Origin: Tubiluchus corallicola
Taxonomy: Eukaryota > Animalia > Priapulida
DNA length: 64,000 bases
Direction: 5' to 3'
Assembly (NCBI GenBank): GCA_030141605.1
Contig: JAQGDQ010000014.1
Span: forward strand, 1,373,319-1,437,318
The position numbers were made by a program, and so were the translations under genes. Below the pieces are notes generated by a model. The model ran no database searches. It saw only the letters and a program-made list of their open reading frames with translations, and was not told the DNA's origin. Position 1 is the stretch's first letter, and the number at the start of each line of letters is the position of its first letter. Of the stretch, positions 1-12,559 are shown in pieces.

Positions 1-99
1 GATTGGTAGATTTCACAACAGATTAGTAGATTTTATCACAAACTTCACATTAAACAATGTCTTTTATGTTTGCAAGTGTCACGGACCCCATCATGCACC

Positions 100-470
100 T
101 CCACCTCTGTACACTCTGCTGAGGTACCGGTAGGGCGGTATGCAGTGACACACTATGCTGCAATACGCGATGAGGCGGTACATGGCTCAGTGATCCACTA
201 TGCCGCAAGACCCACAATACCTGGTAAGGCGGTACGTGGCTTAATGATGCATTTTGCCACAACACCCCCGTGAGGTGCTCCCCGACTCAGCGACACACTC
301 AGCCGCAATATCCCGTGAGGTGGTACGCGGCTCAGTGATACACTCTGCCGCAATACGCGGTGAGGTGGTACGCGGCTCGGTGATAAACTCTGCTGCAATA
401 TCCGGTGAGGCGCCACACGACTGTGATGCATGCTGTCACAATACCCAGTGTGGCGATGCACCCCGTCAGT
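100..470. repeat. GC-rich ~45-bp minisatellite, about 8 degenerate units
   Basis: Recurring unit GTGAGGTGGTACGCGGCTCAGTGATACACTCTGCCGCAATA with ~45-nt period; 15-aa periodicity in the ORF track. Confidence 0.8.
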
Positions 471-1479
471 GTCTCCACACGGGAAACTTAACACCCTTTA
501 AGCTTCTAGTGCAATGAACATATATTTTAGTGTGATATGGCAACAAACAAAATCCAAAGGTAAACCCACTCACAACATTTTAAATTTGAAAGTAACTGCA
601 TTAAGCTTAAACAATTTCAAATCAGGAAAATTTTATCCAAATGAATTTATACAGGAGCTGTGCATATACAGTACATCGATGTGCATAAACAATTACCGTT
701 TATTCTGGAAAAGGCAACAAACGAAAAATAAAGAAGCTCACTGGATTTCGGTGGTAAAAATGTAAGACAGCTGATAGACGACAAAAGGCCCTTGTTGAAA
801 AAGTATAGCTTCTTTATCTGGCTCGAAAGATGCGTTTCACGCGTTGGCTATATGCACATGTGTGAGCGCACTGCTGAATGAACGTGTGGCCAACATGTTC
901 CACAGCCATTGACTGCTGACTATACGGCTTCCTCAGTGAAGTAAGCCAATAAAAATGGGTAGGTATATACATTCCACGTGTAATAATAAATGTATTTTTT
1001 ATTATATTCTACTGCCATTTTTTATGTTTGCTTGCAAGTAAGTAAGAATGAAATCGAAATAAATTATTGTACGCACACTTAAAGAACATTCCTCATTAAA
1101 TAAATATAACAAGTCAAATCAAATCTAATACTGACACAGTGCAATGTTGTTAGTAATTATATATATATAAGGCCTTGTAAAGACACCAGCCTTTTGTTTG
1201 AGTTATAAATTTGAATTTTTTTAAATTCGTGTTGCTTGAGTACCTAGAAGCTGCACGTCATACTGAAATCGTAACTTGTAATTTTTTAACCCGTGATCAG
1301 TGGGTCGAAGATCAAACCAATATCATCCTAACTTATACTCTTTAATTTCATTGAGACTTTTCACTAGCGACAAGCTAGTTTCGATCGGAAAGGACTTCAG
1401 GCATTTGTCTTTTCTATCCCTACTTTGGCCCTAGCTGATCAGGCATCACCCAATTTCAGCATAATATACGATTTATACG

Positions 1480-1860
1480 ATTTAACCTGCTTCATTGAGA
1501 CCGTTCATATAAACCACACTGCTCCCAAAAGCCAAGTATGGTAGTAGTAATCAGGCAGAAGCACAGCAGAACTAGTTCTTGCTTGTAAATTCCTAGCAGA
1601 AAAAGCCATCTTTACCACCGATTACTCTGTTCATATAATACTGCTTGGTAAGTCCAAAGCATTTGGCACAGCGAAGAGGAAATTATTGCTTAGCCATTTC
1701 ACTGATGTACTGAAGACGAACTGAACGACTAGTACACTACTGCAAAATTTATTTATGAAAGTAGAATGTGATGGTACCTTCAGTTTAGAATTTTGCTTCC
1801 ACAGGGCGAAAGCCTAAACCCTATTCTCTACATATTTTATATAGCAACCAGCTTGAAGGA
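1480..1860 (+). mobile_element. Degenerate RTE-like non-LTR retrotransposon RT fragment
   Basis: Translates to SGRSTAELVLACKFLAEKAIFTTDYSVHIILLGKSKAF, homologous to NTTELVQACKLLAEKAISSVD...DMSKAFD of the element at ~31.9-33.2 kb. Confidence 0.7.
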
Positions 1861-1879
1861 TACTATAGTTTAGTAAGTA

Positions 1880-2110
1880 AGTGACATCTTTATTTGAACA
1901 TAATATATTGAGAATCATAACAAAATATTAAGATGGTCAATCAGTGATAGTTAAAAAAACATTCACTGTTGGAGGCAAATGCGTCAGTGCAAAAACTAAA
2001 CTACAGGTGCAAAAAGATGATAAAACATAACTTTAAACTTAAACTTTACATATTTTACATATTTAATAACTACCAGTAAAATTAAGTCTATTAATATGGG
2101 TTGGGGTAAA
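1880..2110 (-). mobile_element. 3' tail/UTR of a CR1/L2-type LINE
   Basis: 1938-2012 (CAATCAGTGATAGTT...GAGGCAAATGCGTCAGTGCAAAAACTAAACTAC) matches 59381-59453, just downstream of ORF2 of the large LINE; AATAAA on the minus strand near 1890. Confidence 0.65.
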
Positions 2111-2114
2111 TGAA

Positions 2115-2830
2115 TTCTGCATTAGTGTTCTCTCGTCACCTATTGCCAAAATATTTGAAAAACTTCTGTATGCATTGCTAGGCAACTTTCTCATTAAGCA
2201 CAACATACTAAATATGAATCAATTTGGATTTAGAAAAAGTTATTCAACAGCTCTAGCAATATCAGAATTGCGTGATAGGATAAGATACAACCTAGATAAA
2301 AAATTACACGTTTGTAGAATATTTTTAGATCTCTCTAAGTCTTTCGAAACCGTACACCACAGTATATTGACTCACAAATTGGAACATTATGGCATTTGAG
2401 GTAATGCACTCAATTTCTTTAAATCGCACATAGATTCTCGTAGTCATTACACTGTAATAGCAGATGCGGACTCTAAATTAACTAAAATTATATGTGGCAC
2501 GCCACAAGGATCTATATTTGGACCTCGGCTTTTTTGATTTAAATAAATGACCTTCCACTAGCCTCAAATTTCAATACAAGAATGTTTACTGATGACATCA
2601 ATTTATTTATGGCCCACAAAAACATTAAAACTCTACAATAAATAATCAATACTGAAATAAAAAAATTGATGAATGGATGAAGCTAATTTATCATCGATTA
2701 ATTATGGTAAAACTAAAAATATGATTACCACAACACAATCCTGCAAATCTGACGTGCAAAATTTTAAAATTAAAATGGTAAACCATTATATTGATCAAAC
2801 AGACCAAATTAAGTATCTTGGAATATTATA
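2115..2830 (+). mobile_element. CR1/L2-type LINE RT pseudogene fragment
   Basis: Motifs ISVL..KIFEKL, NQFGFRK, FLDLSKSFETV, GTPQGSIFGP, FTDD, IKYLGI, interrupted by stops and frameshifts. Confidence 0.85.
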
Positions 2831-3009
2831 GTATACATGGCCACATATAGCAATTAATCTAATTGTTAAGAATAAAAATTGTTAGATAAAGCAGTATTCA
2901 TTTGGCTTGTGCAGTCATTGAAAATAAAAGATCAAGCTTGGACAGTAGTACGTCCGATAAGGCACGAAAATAGGGCGCTATCACAAGGTCACACAAAAAC
3001 GTCGAATTA

Positions 3010-3640
3010 GGCCCATTTCACAGTGACGACGCAAGGAAAAATGGCGCATGGAATTTCTGCCAAAAAATCAGAAAATTTCCGATTTTTCTGGAAATCCCAT
3101 GAAGCAAGAAAGTTCATTTCATAGTGAAACGGCACGGTTTCTCCGCGGGTCCAGTTAGCTGCAGCTACTTTGCGAGTTTTATACTGTATTATGTTTTGCT
3201 AGCCATATTTCTCATATTAACAGTACAATTGATAATGTTAGGCAATGTAATGTCAGTCCTGTTTGTTTTTTTAGTAAAGTTCTACTAGTCACTTCAAAAT
3301 GTGAAAATATACATACATAAAATAAATATATGCGGGTGTTATTTTTCTTTTTCGCGAATATAGGTATCGATATTGCATTAATAAAACGTAAAATTGTGAG
3401 TCTGTTAAAAGAGAGATTAAATCTTAGAATTTTATGCTGAGATGTGTTAATTGTTGTTCGTTAAATAGGAAAGGAGTATTTCAGCAGTTAAATTTAAGGC
3501 TGAATTTCGCGAAGATTCCTCACGAATGTGGAACATGCAATATTTCTACCACGCAGCAAAATTCCTCACGAGGAGGATACATAGCTTTTAACTGGCGGCA
3601 GAATTCCTCAAAGGAATTTTGCCATGCCTCCTTACTTTTA
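3010..3640 (+). mobile_element. Harbinger-like MITE family A, copy 1
   Basis: Starts GGCCCATTTCACAGTG after TTA; the body is the reverse complement of 50830-51475. Confidence 0.7.
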
Positions 3641-4114
3641 TGGATATATCTAATTTTCCAGCATTCTTACTCAAAACACTATCCAGTCATGTAGCTGCCT
3701 GCCATTTTACTATAGATAAAGATAAAATTTTCATTTTGGAGTAGATAAAAATTATAAAAGAACTATAAAGCAAGCAAGACAGCCGACTTCTTTAGAATTT
3801 GGCATGAACTGCTTGTTTACAAGAGAATTAACCAAGTGGTGAGAGAAGTGAATGAAAGCCAGTAAACTGTCAAGGTATACAAGAGTCCTAGAATAAGAGA
3901 TCCTCAAGCTGTAACTTGGATGCATTATCATAATACATAATACTCCAGCGAGTGTTACTGTAACAGCCTTAATGTGTCCATACTTCACTATAACAATAAA
4001 TTTTACAATGGCCGCCTGAAACAAAACCAACCAAAAATAACGTTCTGATCTGAGCACCATGGCTTGACTCTAATTTTGTTATCCAAGAGAAAAAGCATGA
4101 ATTTCCAAACTTAC

Positions 4115-4197
4115 CCCCGGCATTGTTTTAATGTTGTGCAGTGCATTCTGTGCACCTAGCGCCGCCTTGCGGGTGTAGAATGTAACGAAGCAGCACC
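4115..4197 (-). CDS. CELF: CELF/Bruno-like RNA-binding protein, RRM1 second-half exon
   Basis: tttgtgtttgcag|GG TGC TGC TTC...CCG GGG|gtaagt; encodes (G)[27 protein letters not shown]; 83 nt, phase 1 in, joins the 12377 exon in frame. The gene continues beyond the window start. Confidence 0.95.
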
Positions 4198-6296
4198 CTG
4201 CAAACACAAAGATGCGTTAAAACCTATGCAAGCAAAATCAAGAGCAACACGCAGCAGAAATTTTAAAATTTCATTGTAAATAACAAAATTTTATTTAAGC
4301 CTCTAGGTAAAAGCGAATTTAGTTGTTGTCGTTGTCGTTGCCTGCAAAGCTTCCGCCTGCTAAATAGAATGCTACCTATGAAGACCAAATTAAAGCTCGC
4401 CAGCAGTTCAATCGACTTCCTGAGTCACGAAGGTCACATAAATACAAGCGAGCTACTGTATTTTTACAAAAAATATCAATTGTTATAGTTGCCCCGATAA
4501 AGTGGGTAACTCTAAAAAAACTACATCAATTTCGTCTGTCACCACTTTTTCTCGGCTTTGGAGTAATCTAGGAAATCGATACTTCGCACACTGGTAGGGT
4601 CAAAATTCTGTAATATGCCCACCCCTCAGGTGTATGCGATCGATTAACACAAGGACAGCCGTGATTCATTAGCAGGGTCTCAGATAACAATAAATAAATA
4701 ACGTACGTTAAATACACATGGTAAAAGAGTGGCTCTGTTTTTTTCAGTCACTTAGCATAGTGTTCTTTCAAGTTATCTGTGACAATGCAGATTTTTAGTG
4801 AAAATACGCTTCGAGTATAACTTCTTTGTATCCGAATCTAACTTCAAATTCTATATTATAATATAATACTCTCTTGTAACTCTGGCCGAACTGAGTATAA
4901 TTTTAAGTGGAAGTTACAATTCGCAGAAAATACATTTTTACATAGTCTCCACGTGTTCCGGATCTAATTGCGGCAACTACGCTCCTCTCCTGAGTGTTCT
5001 CTAGTTTTCAGCGTGCAGCTGAAAATAGCCCAGAAATACAAAACCAATAATAGAAATAAGGAGTAGAGTTAAAAAACATAAACAGAAGGAAAACATCTCG
5101 TTTATGAAACAACATTCACAAAAAATATCTACATACTTTACTTTTTACTACATACTCGTGTTCCATAAAGCATAAACGAAAAAGACGTACACGCTTCTAC
5201 AAAACTAAAAACAATCATCCAACCTCATGAAAAGCTAGGCAGCCTAAAATGAGCCTTATAGATAGATGCTTCTCGCCGAGAACTATTTTACAACACCTAG
5301 TCCCAGAATGATTTGCGGCCTTTGACTACAATAGAAACATTAGTTTGTGAACAAAATTTGGGCATTATTTGCTTGGCTTAAATCAAGTATTTATTTCATC
5401 CAAGTCTTGAGTGATTAAATTTGTGCAGGATTGTGGTGACTTGCGAGCATCTGAGAACATTTCGTGCTCCTCCTGAGGTTTCGTTCCATGCTAGATAAAA
5501 CTATTTGTGGCTACTTACTATAAACACTTTTTTTATGTTCAGCCTTTTCCGCCTAACTTGCAGTACACCTACGATAAACAACACCAAATCAGTTACCTGT
5601 TCAACTCCAAACAATTCGAAATTAAACAGGACGACAAATTATTAAATTAACGAGTTGGGTAGACACGCGCAGTTTTAACAGTGTTGACACGGTACACACC
5701 ACATGGTAGTTTCACATGCCGTATTTTCTTATTTATTCGTGAGCAAATAGTCGCTGATTTCATTGAGACAGGCAAAGACATATACACCTTCGCCATTTTA
5801 ATACCAAGCAAATGAAGCTATCGGATTACAATACACACACGGTATATCAGGCTACCGCGATAATGCGGACTTGTGCACCTTCGTTTGAGCTTTCTAGAAC
5901 AATAACAGAACAACTCCATGTCACAGAATTAATACTTTTTCAAAGCAAGGAAACGTGACTGTGATTCATACAAGGTGTGGAGTTACGAGTTAAAAACATG
6001 GTCCCCAAACTTTTTAGACTATTGGCCCCTTAATGGAATCCTTAATTTCTCATCGACCCCCAGGCATGTACAGAAAAATAAATATTAATAATAGTTAAGT
6101 AGATGTGCAGTTTCCATATATATTAGCGAGGGGAACTGCATGCCAAACTCTGCGTTCCATAGTAACGGAAACTGCATACCAAGCCCTGCGAAGTTAATCC
6201 AAGTTAATGCATCCATGTGGAAACAGGTAAAGGTCCATTGGCTTGTGATTCCAAATACTAATAAATTACTCTAACTATATTATATTTTTCAATCTT

Positions 6297-6491
6297 ATAA
6301 TGAACTTTAAACCAGACAGAGCACAAAAAATCACAAATTTATTAAATACAGTAATACACGCTAACATACTGTAAGTTTTACAGCCATGTTTCAACACCTA
6401 GCTGGAAGGAATTTTTAATGTGTTTTAAAGTGTTGGCTGTATTTAATATTTTTTTATTTTTGCACTCTGTCTGACCTTAAAGTTCATTTTA
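6297..6491. mobile_element. Small foldback MITE-like element with ~65-bp inverted arms
   Basis: AATGAACTTTAAACCAGACAGAGCACAAAAAAT...ATTAAATACAG versus the reverse complement of CTGTATTTAAT...TGCACTCTGTCTGACCTTAAAGTTCATT. Confidence 0.7.
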
Positions 6492-8550
6492 AATTTTATC
6501 TCTCGATATCTACAGAAATACATATAATATATCTACAATTAAATTTATCTAATTACGAGATAAAAATCAGTTTTTTTGTGACTAGAACGACGTGTCAACG
6601 GAAACTAGGAAACGGTATTTAAAGACCAGAAAACTCAATCTCAGTAAACTGTAACTAAGCAGGCGAGGCTCGGGATCATGTTTTTCTTAAATTATCTATT
6701 GGCAAGTTCGCATCACAGCCTTGCATCACAGCATCCAAGCCAGTCTTTCGTAAACCTTGAGGTTTTAGATTTAACGAGACTAGAAAGTCTAAATCGCCAT
6801 CAATACAATCAGTCAATTGATTGACAGATCAATTGTCATCATTAGTGATAAAAGTATTAGATATTAAAGATTACAAAAGTGCTCAGTACCGTTTTTATGA
6901 TATGAAACTTTCACATTTAAATTTAAGTGTAAATTTTTCTTCTATGAATCTATGTGAATGCTGAAGTGCGGATCCTGTCTGTATCACATCCATTTATTTG
7001 TCGATATTAACTCGAAAATTTCGAGTAAGAAATTTCACGATAAGAATTTTTACTGTTTCTAGCAAACCACCGTACGCTACTTTCGTTCAGCGAATATTAT
7101 TATTTTATTAATAATCAAAGCTCTGTCGCACCTTTCGTCACAAGTTACTAATACGCGAAACAGTTAAAATTCGGATTGGATTAACAAGTTCGCAAACTTC
7201 ATGCGGGTCGAAATGCAATTATGTCCGGAACGGGATGGGGAATCGATTTGGAAACAAAAACACCGCCTAAGCTGACATTTGGTGGAAGAAACTGCTTTTA
7301 AACTCATCGATACTCGTCACATAAATCGAATTTTACCAGCAAAACCGCACAATTCGTCTTTTCTACCTGCATGTTTACTTTCTTTCGAAAGCTCATTAAA
7401 TTTAGATGTTTTTGAAACCATATATTTTTATTGAAAAGAAAAAACCGGTCAACAAGTTCGCATTAAATCACATATTAATTTTTACTAAAGTCGTCATGAC
7501 GTAACCTTTCAATCTTAAGATGCGCATTTGAGTCCGTTTCTTGACCTTTTGAAGTCTCTTTAGATTTCTTAAAATTTACCGACACGATTATTAAGCAAAA
7601 TTCGTGGACAATAACGTCAAAAACTGAAACAAATGTTTTACAATGACTATAAAAAGCATAAATGATTCAGCTTCTCACCTCTGATGAGTCGCAAAAACCT
7701 ATATGCACGCCAAACAGACTGACAAACCCCGATCACTGAATGAAGTACAGAAGATGACAACAAGCAATTATTTGACATGTACAACTTATTTGATACTGTG
7801 ACTCGACATTGTAAGAACTGGTGCCCCCGATTCCCCAAATACAGAGTACCCTACCTGGCGAGTGCGCCCTGTAAATTTCGCCAATTGCGTTTGTGCCTTT
7901 GTGAATTAAAAAAAACAAGAAAGCACAAGAATAATAAAAAAGGAGAAAATGGGGGTACATAAAAAAAAGTTTAAATACATCTCTACACGCCTTAGTGAAT
8001 GTTACCAAACAACAGAATTACCCAAGTACGTATAAAGTCTCAAGTTTAGCCTTTTGCTTTATTTTTTATTTGGTTTTAATGCAACTTTAAAACTGTATAC
8101 TAGTAACTATCGCTTCAAGACTCAAATTTCCAATTTACTGGAGAATTCAAGAAGCAAAGAAATTACATACTGTTAACATGATCTTTCACTGTTTTAACAA
8201 AAACAGCAAAGATGCTTTGTTAACAACTCATAAAGCACAAGTGAGGCATTTTTTAGCTTTCGCATATATCATTGTATAATATGAGCACACAGATTGGTGA
8301 AGTTGCTTAAATACACTTTCCAGTTAACAGAATGGAAGAATCAGTAAGTTTCCTTATTTGAAAAACAATGACAGACTACCAGAATAACTATCCTTACAAA
8401 CATAAGTTGCATTTAATTTTTATATAAATAGCGAGCAAATCAACATTACAATAATAATTATTATGCCGCCAAGTCAAAATTTTCACCGCCCCTGACGAAA
8501 TAAGCACATGACGATGATAATCATAAATCATCATCATCATAATCATATTC

Positions 8551-8677
<127 letters not shown>

Positions 8678-9364
8678 GTATAAAAAGTTTGGTGTCTGGA
8701 TGTGTAGCACCAGTCTAGGTATTCATATAACTGACAGTCTTAAATAGAGCTGTTGGGGCGTTTTGGGATAGGTAGTAGGTAAGCCCAAAAGAAGCCAAAA
8801 AGTGCATCATAAAACACATGGTTAATTTGGCGGCCAAAATGTAGGGGGCTTTGTACTCTTTCAAAAATGCCAAATTCGACAATGTTGGCTGGGGCAAAGT
8901 AAAAATCAGACGACCTGTATCCCTACATGGTCAGATTTAGTCTAGAACTGCAGGTTACACTATCCTGTATTAAAAACACCAAATCTCACGAAAACTGCTG
9001 GGGGGTACTAAAATCTGACAACTTTGGACAGCAATCAGAATGAACGATAATTGCATCATATAGCACATGGTTAATTTTTGCTGCCAAGACATATAGGAGA
9101 CATTGTGCTCTTTTGAAAACTATCCAAGTGCTACCTAACATAAAGTATATTATGTCTATTATCCAAGTGCACTAGGTACATCATGGCAATTGGATTATCG
9201 TGTAAATATTTCAATTGAAGGTGCAATAAGATTAGATTCACATTTTGGCCACACATTTGGATAAACAGAATTGTTACGTTAATATGGTTTTTTGAGAATT
9301 ACAGCTCAGTTTTTAACACAATAATTCTTTCCAAATTGTATATTTATGGATTTATTTATTTACC

Positions 9365-10488
9365 TGCCAAACCCATCGAAAACATTTTGTACACAATCAA
9401 TAATAAGCTAGCATTCTACGTAGTGTTTGCTTCTTGGCCCTTTAGTGATGAATAGGTAACATTATAACACCAAACTATGTCTATTACACTCCAGACTGAC
9501 TTCCCTATGCTTTCTGTTTCGATCTGGTTCTTCAGATCTCACTGAGATCTAATCTCAATTGATAAATTTTGCAAAACAGGTAAAAGAAGTTGATTTTTGG
9601 AGGCTTCCCTAACGTCCCAAATTGGAATAATAAATCCAATTATGGGAATGGGAGAAACTGCGACGTTCATTTGATACGTTATTTGTGACAAATGGTTCAG
9701 TAGTTCCTGTGAAAATAGTCTACTGCATAAATAAATAAAACCACAAATATAGCAGGAGAATTAATGTATTAGGTTTATTTGCTTATATAACAGTAATAAC
9801 AGGTAATATTCTCTGCAATTACTGAACGACTTGTGACAAATTATACGTCAACCGAACCGTCTCGGTCTCGCCCAATCCTACACAGGTTTCTTTCGGTTTG
9901 GGACGTCTGTAAAAGAACTATTGGCTCCTTGGAAGAACTTCCAAAATTCTTGTTTTGTCCGTTTTTTTTGCAAAAATGGAATTGCACGAGATGGCATGCT
10001 ACATATCATTAGAAAGAACTTTCGACGTACTACAGACATAAGTTGATTTCATGGAGAGTCATACTAGGTATTTTTTTGGACCCACCACTCAAATTTTCGT
10101 TGAAAATGCGCAAAACAAATTCTAAAAAAAATTGAAACTCTTTGAGCTTTTTCGAAAAAATAATCACGCTCCCCATCAGAGAGCAAAACGGTCTATAAAG
10201 TGAATGTTTCAGTCAAAGTTCTTTTTCCATCGCCCCCCCCCATAACTGCCCTCATAATTCCATAATTGGAACAACAATTGTCTTAGTCTTTTCTTTGTCT
10301 TTCTTGAATGTGTGGCTGTTATGCGTATTGTCATCACCGGCTGTTCTACTGTGTTTTAGAGAAAGGGCTATTATAATTGTCATAAATATTATATTAACCT
10401 ATTCATCACTAATGGGGCATTAAGCAAAAACTATGTAGAACGTTTACCATTACTGACAGTGTACAAAATGGTTTTGCGGGGTTTGGCT
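9365..10488. repeat. Long inverted repeat pair (~9365-9470 and ~10385-10488), probably DNA-transposon arms
   Basis: GCCAAACCC..CATTTTGTACAC..TTAGTGATGAATAGGTAA versus TTAACCTATTCATCACTAA..GTGTACAAAATG..GGGTTTGGC. Confidence 0.7.
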
Positions 10489-12376
10489 ATTCACTAATTA
10501 ATTTTAAATTTTTTCTGTCTTTATTGCAGTGCATTGTACTCTCGAAACCAGCAATTTCAACAATATGTTTACGTCTATGTGACAAATACGTTGTTGCCAT
10601 ATCTGTGTATATATCCGCAAGCTGTATATCAAGAAAAAAATGTTGTGACACGTTAAAAATGTACAAATAAAATTTTTAAGTAAGACTTAAGACAAAACGC
10701 ATATTCGGAGGGCTTTCATAAGGCTGACTTCTTGCTAACTCCATTACATATAAAAGAAATTTAATTTGTATTAACGGATTCTAGAATACACTTTAACCTA
10801 CAGTTTGTCTGTTCGTCCATCATAATCTGAGGCTGCATTAAGCTTATTTCGATTTCCACACAGACAGAATAAGGCCACCACATCTTGAGTTTCAGATCAC
10901 TCACATTTTATCACATTGCGATAAAATACTATAATATAGCAGGCAACAGTTAAGACTGCGGAATGTTTAGACAATACTAATTCCTCGAAGCCAGTCAAAT
11001 CGGGTTGACCTTGTATTTGTATCTGGATGTATGCCTAAACACGCAATGACTTGCTTCAAAGCTTTGCTCTGCAGCCCGACTGTAAGGAAGAGGAGCGTTT
11101 AGCTTGCAGCTTGTGTATTTTTGCGGCAGCAATAAGTAAACAAATAGCCAGGACTGTAAACCAAATCTTATATGGCGTATCTATTGCTTAGGGCTAAATT
11201 TGGCTAATCATCGCAGCTCCTAGTGTGTTAGAAAGCAAAGGATGTATCTGGAAAACGAACTTTAGAAGGTAAGTCTATATTCGTGTATCAGTCGAATTTA
11301 CGAGAACAAACAAACAAGTTAATGTGACTCCAATTCAGCATTACATAATTACGTTGAAAGTTTTAAAGATATGTCTCAAACTTTGCTTACAAAATGTCAC
11401 TGAACAACTTTGTTTTCTTTACATATATCGAAATTACATCTGTTAGTCTTTTATCTATAAGTCCTGTGTGCAAATGAGTATTTTAACTTTTCTTACAGAA
11501 CTATGTACTTTTTAAGGTACAAAATAAACTTTAAATAAAAGTAAAATTATCAATCATTAATATTATCACTATGAATTAACACTTTATTAATGAAATTATT
11601 AATGATAAGTCAAAGTTGCAATTTCACTAAAGCTGCTGTCAGCACATCAACTGGTGGTCCTTTGATCATTTTAAAATGCTAAAGGTGGTAGTTTGACCGG
11701 TGGTTCTTTGTTTGGTGGCCCTTGACTAGTGGTCCTTTGACTGTTCCCCGCTTTGAGATAGTTTGCAAAAACTACTACTATGTAAAATAAAGTATATTTC
11801 TTTTTGATAAACCATATATCTTTTTGTTAAAAAAATATAATGCTACAAAAGAAAATGGTGTGTGACATTTTTTCTAAAACAATAGACTTATAAAGAATAA
11901 AGTGACCCGACGGTGACTTGGGAATTCTTTTCAACTAGAAGCTTAATATAAGCCAATATAAGATGATCTAAAATCGATGCACATAAAAACAGTGCATGTT
12001 GCACAGCACCCTATTAGGAAATGTTTTGCTTTAATTCTAGGAAAAGTGATCAAAATTTTTGGACAATAGATGACTTTCTATACATCAAACCTGTGCATAC
12101 TTTTTTGTTACGTTTTCTTTTCGCTAAATTCTTTTTGTTTTTAAATGGACAAATTCCAGTCAAACAAAATTTCAAACAAAACAATTTGCATTGTACTAAA
12201 TGCAAACTCAGAATTTTTCCTGGTTATTTTACTGACTGTATTTAACGATGAAAACTGAAGGGACAAAAGAGTACATTATTTTGCTATAACAGACATTACC
12301 TTATCCAAATAAAATGGCAAGACAAGATACCCTGCGCCATTAGCTGCACACTCACAGAAGAAGTATGAATACAAAC

Positions 12377-12559
12377 CTTTGCTTTGGTTGGTAAGCTTAT
12401 CCCTGAGTACATTTAACTGATAGACTGGTCCGAAGTCTTCAAACATTTTCCTGAGGTCTTTTTCATCCATGCTGCGTGGTATTTGACCCACAAACATTTT
12501 TATTGCATCTGGATCGGGTCCATCTGTCTTATTTACATGCGAGTTCATTATAGGCAAAT
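12377..12559 (-). CDS. CELF: CELF/Bruno-like RNA-binding protein, RRM1 first-half exon (ATG at 12548)
   Basis: ttatttttcag|ATTTGCCTATAATG...AAAG|gtttgt; encodes [58 protein letters not shown], the hallmark CELF1/2/Bruno RRM1 start. Confidence 0.95.

Noticed and set aside
50-517. Four overlapping ORFs as genes
   Set aside because: By-products of a GC-rich 45-bp repeat; no recognisable domain or splice support.
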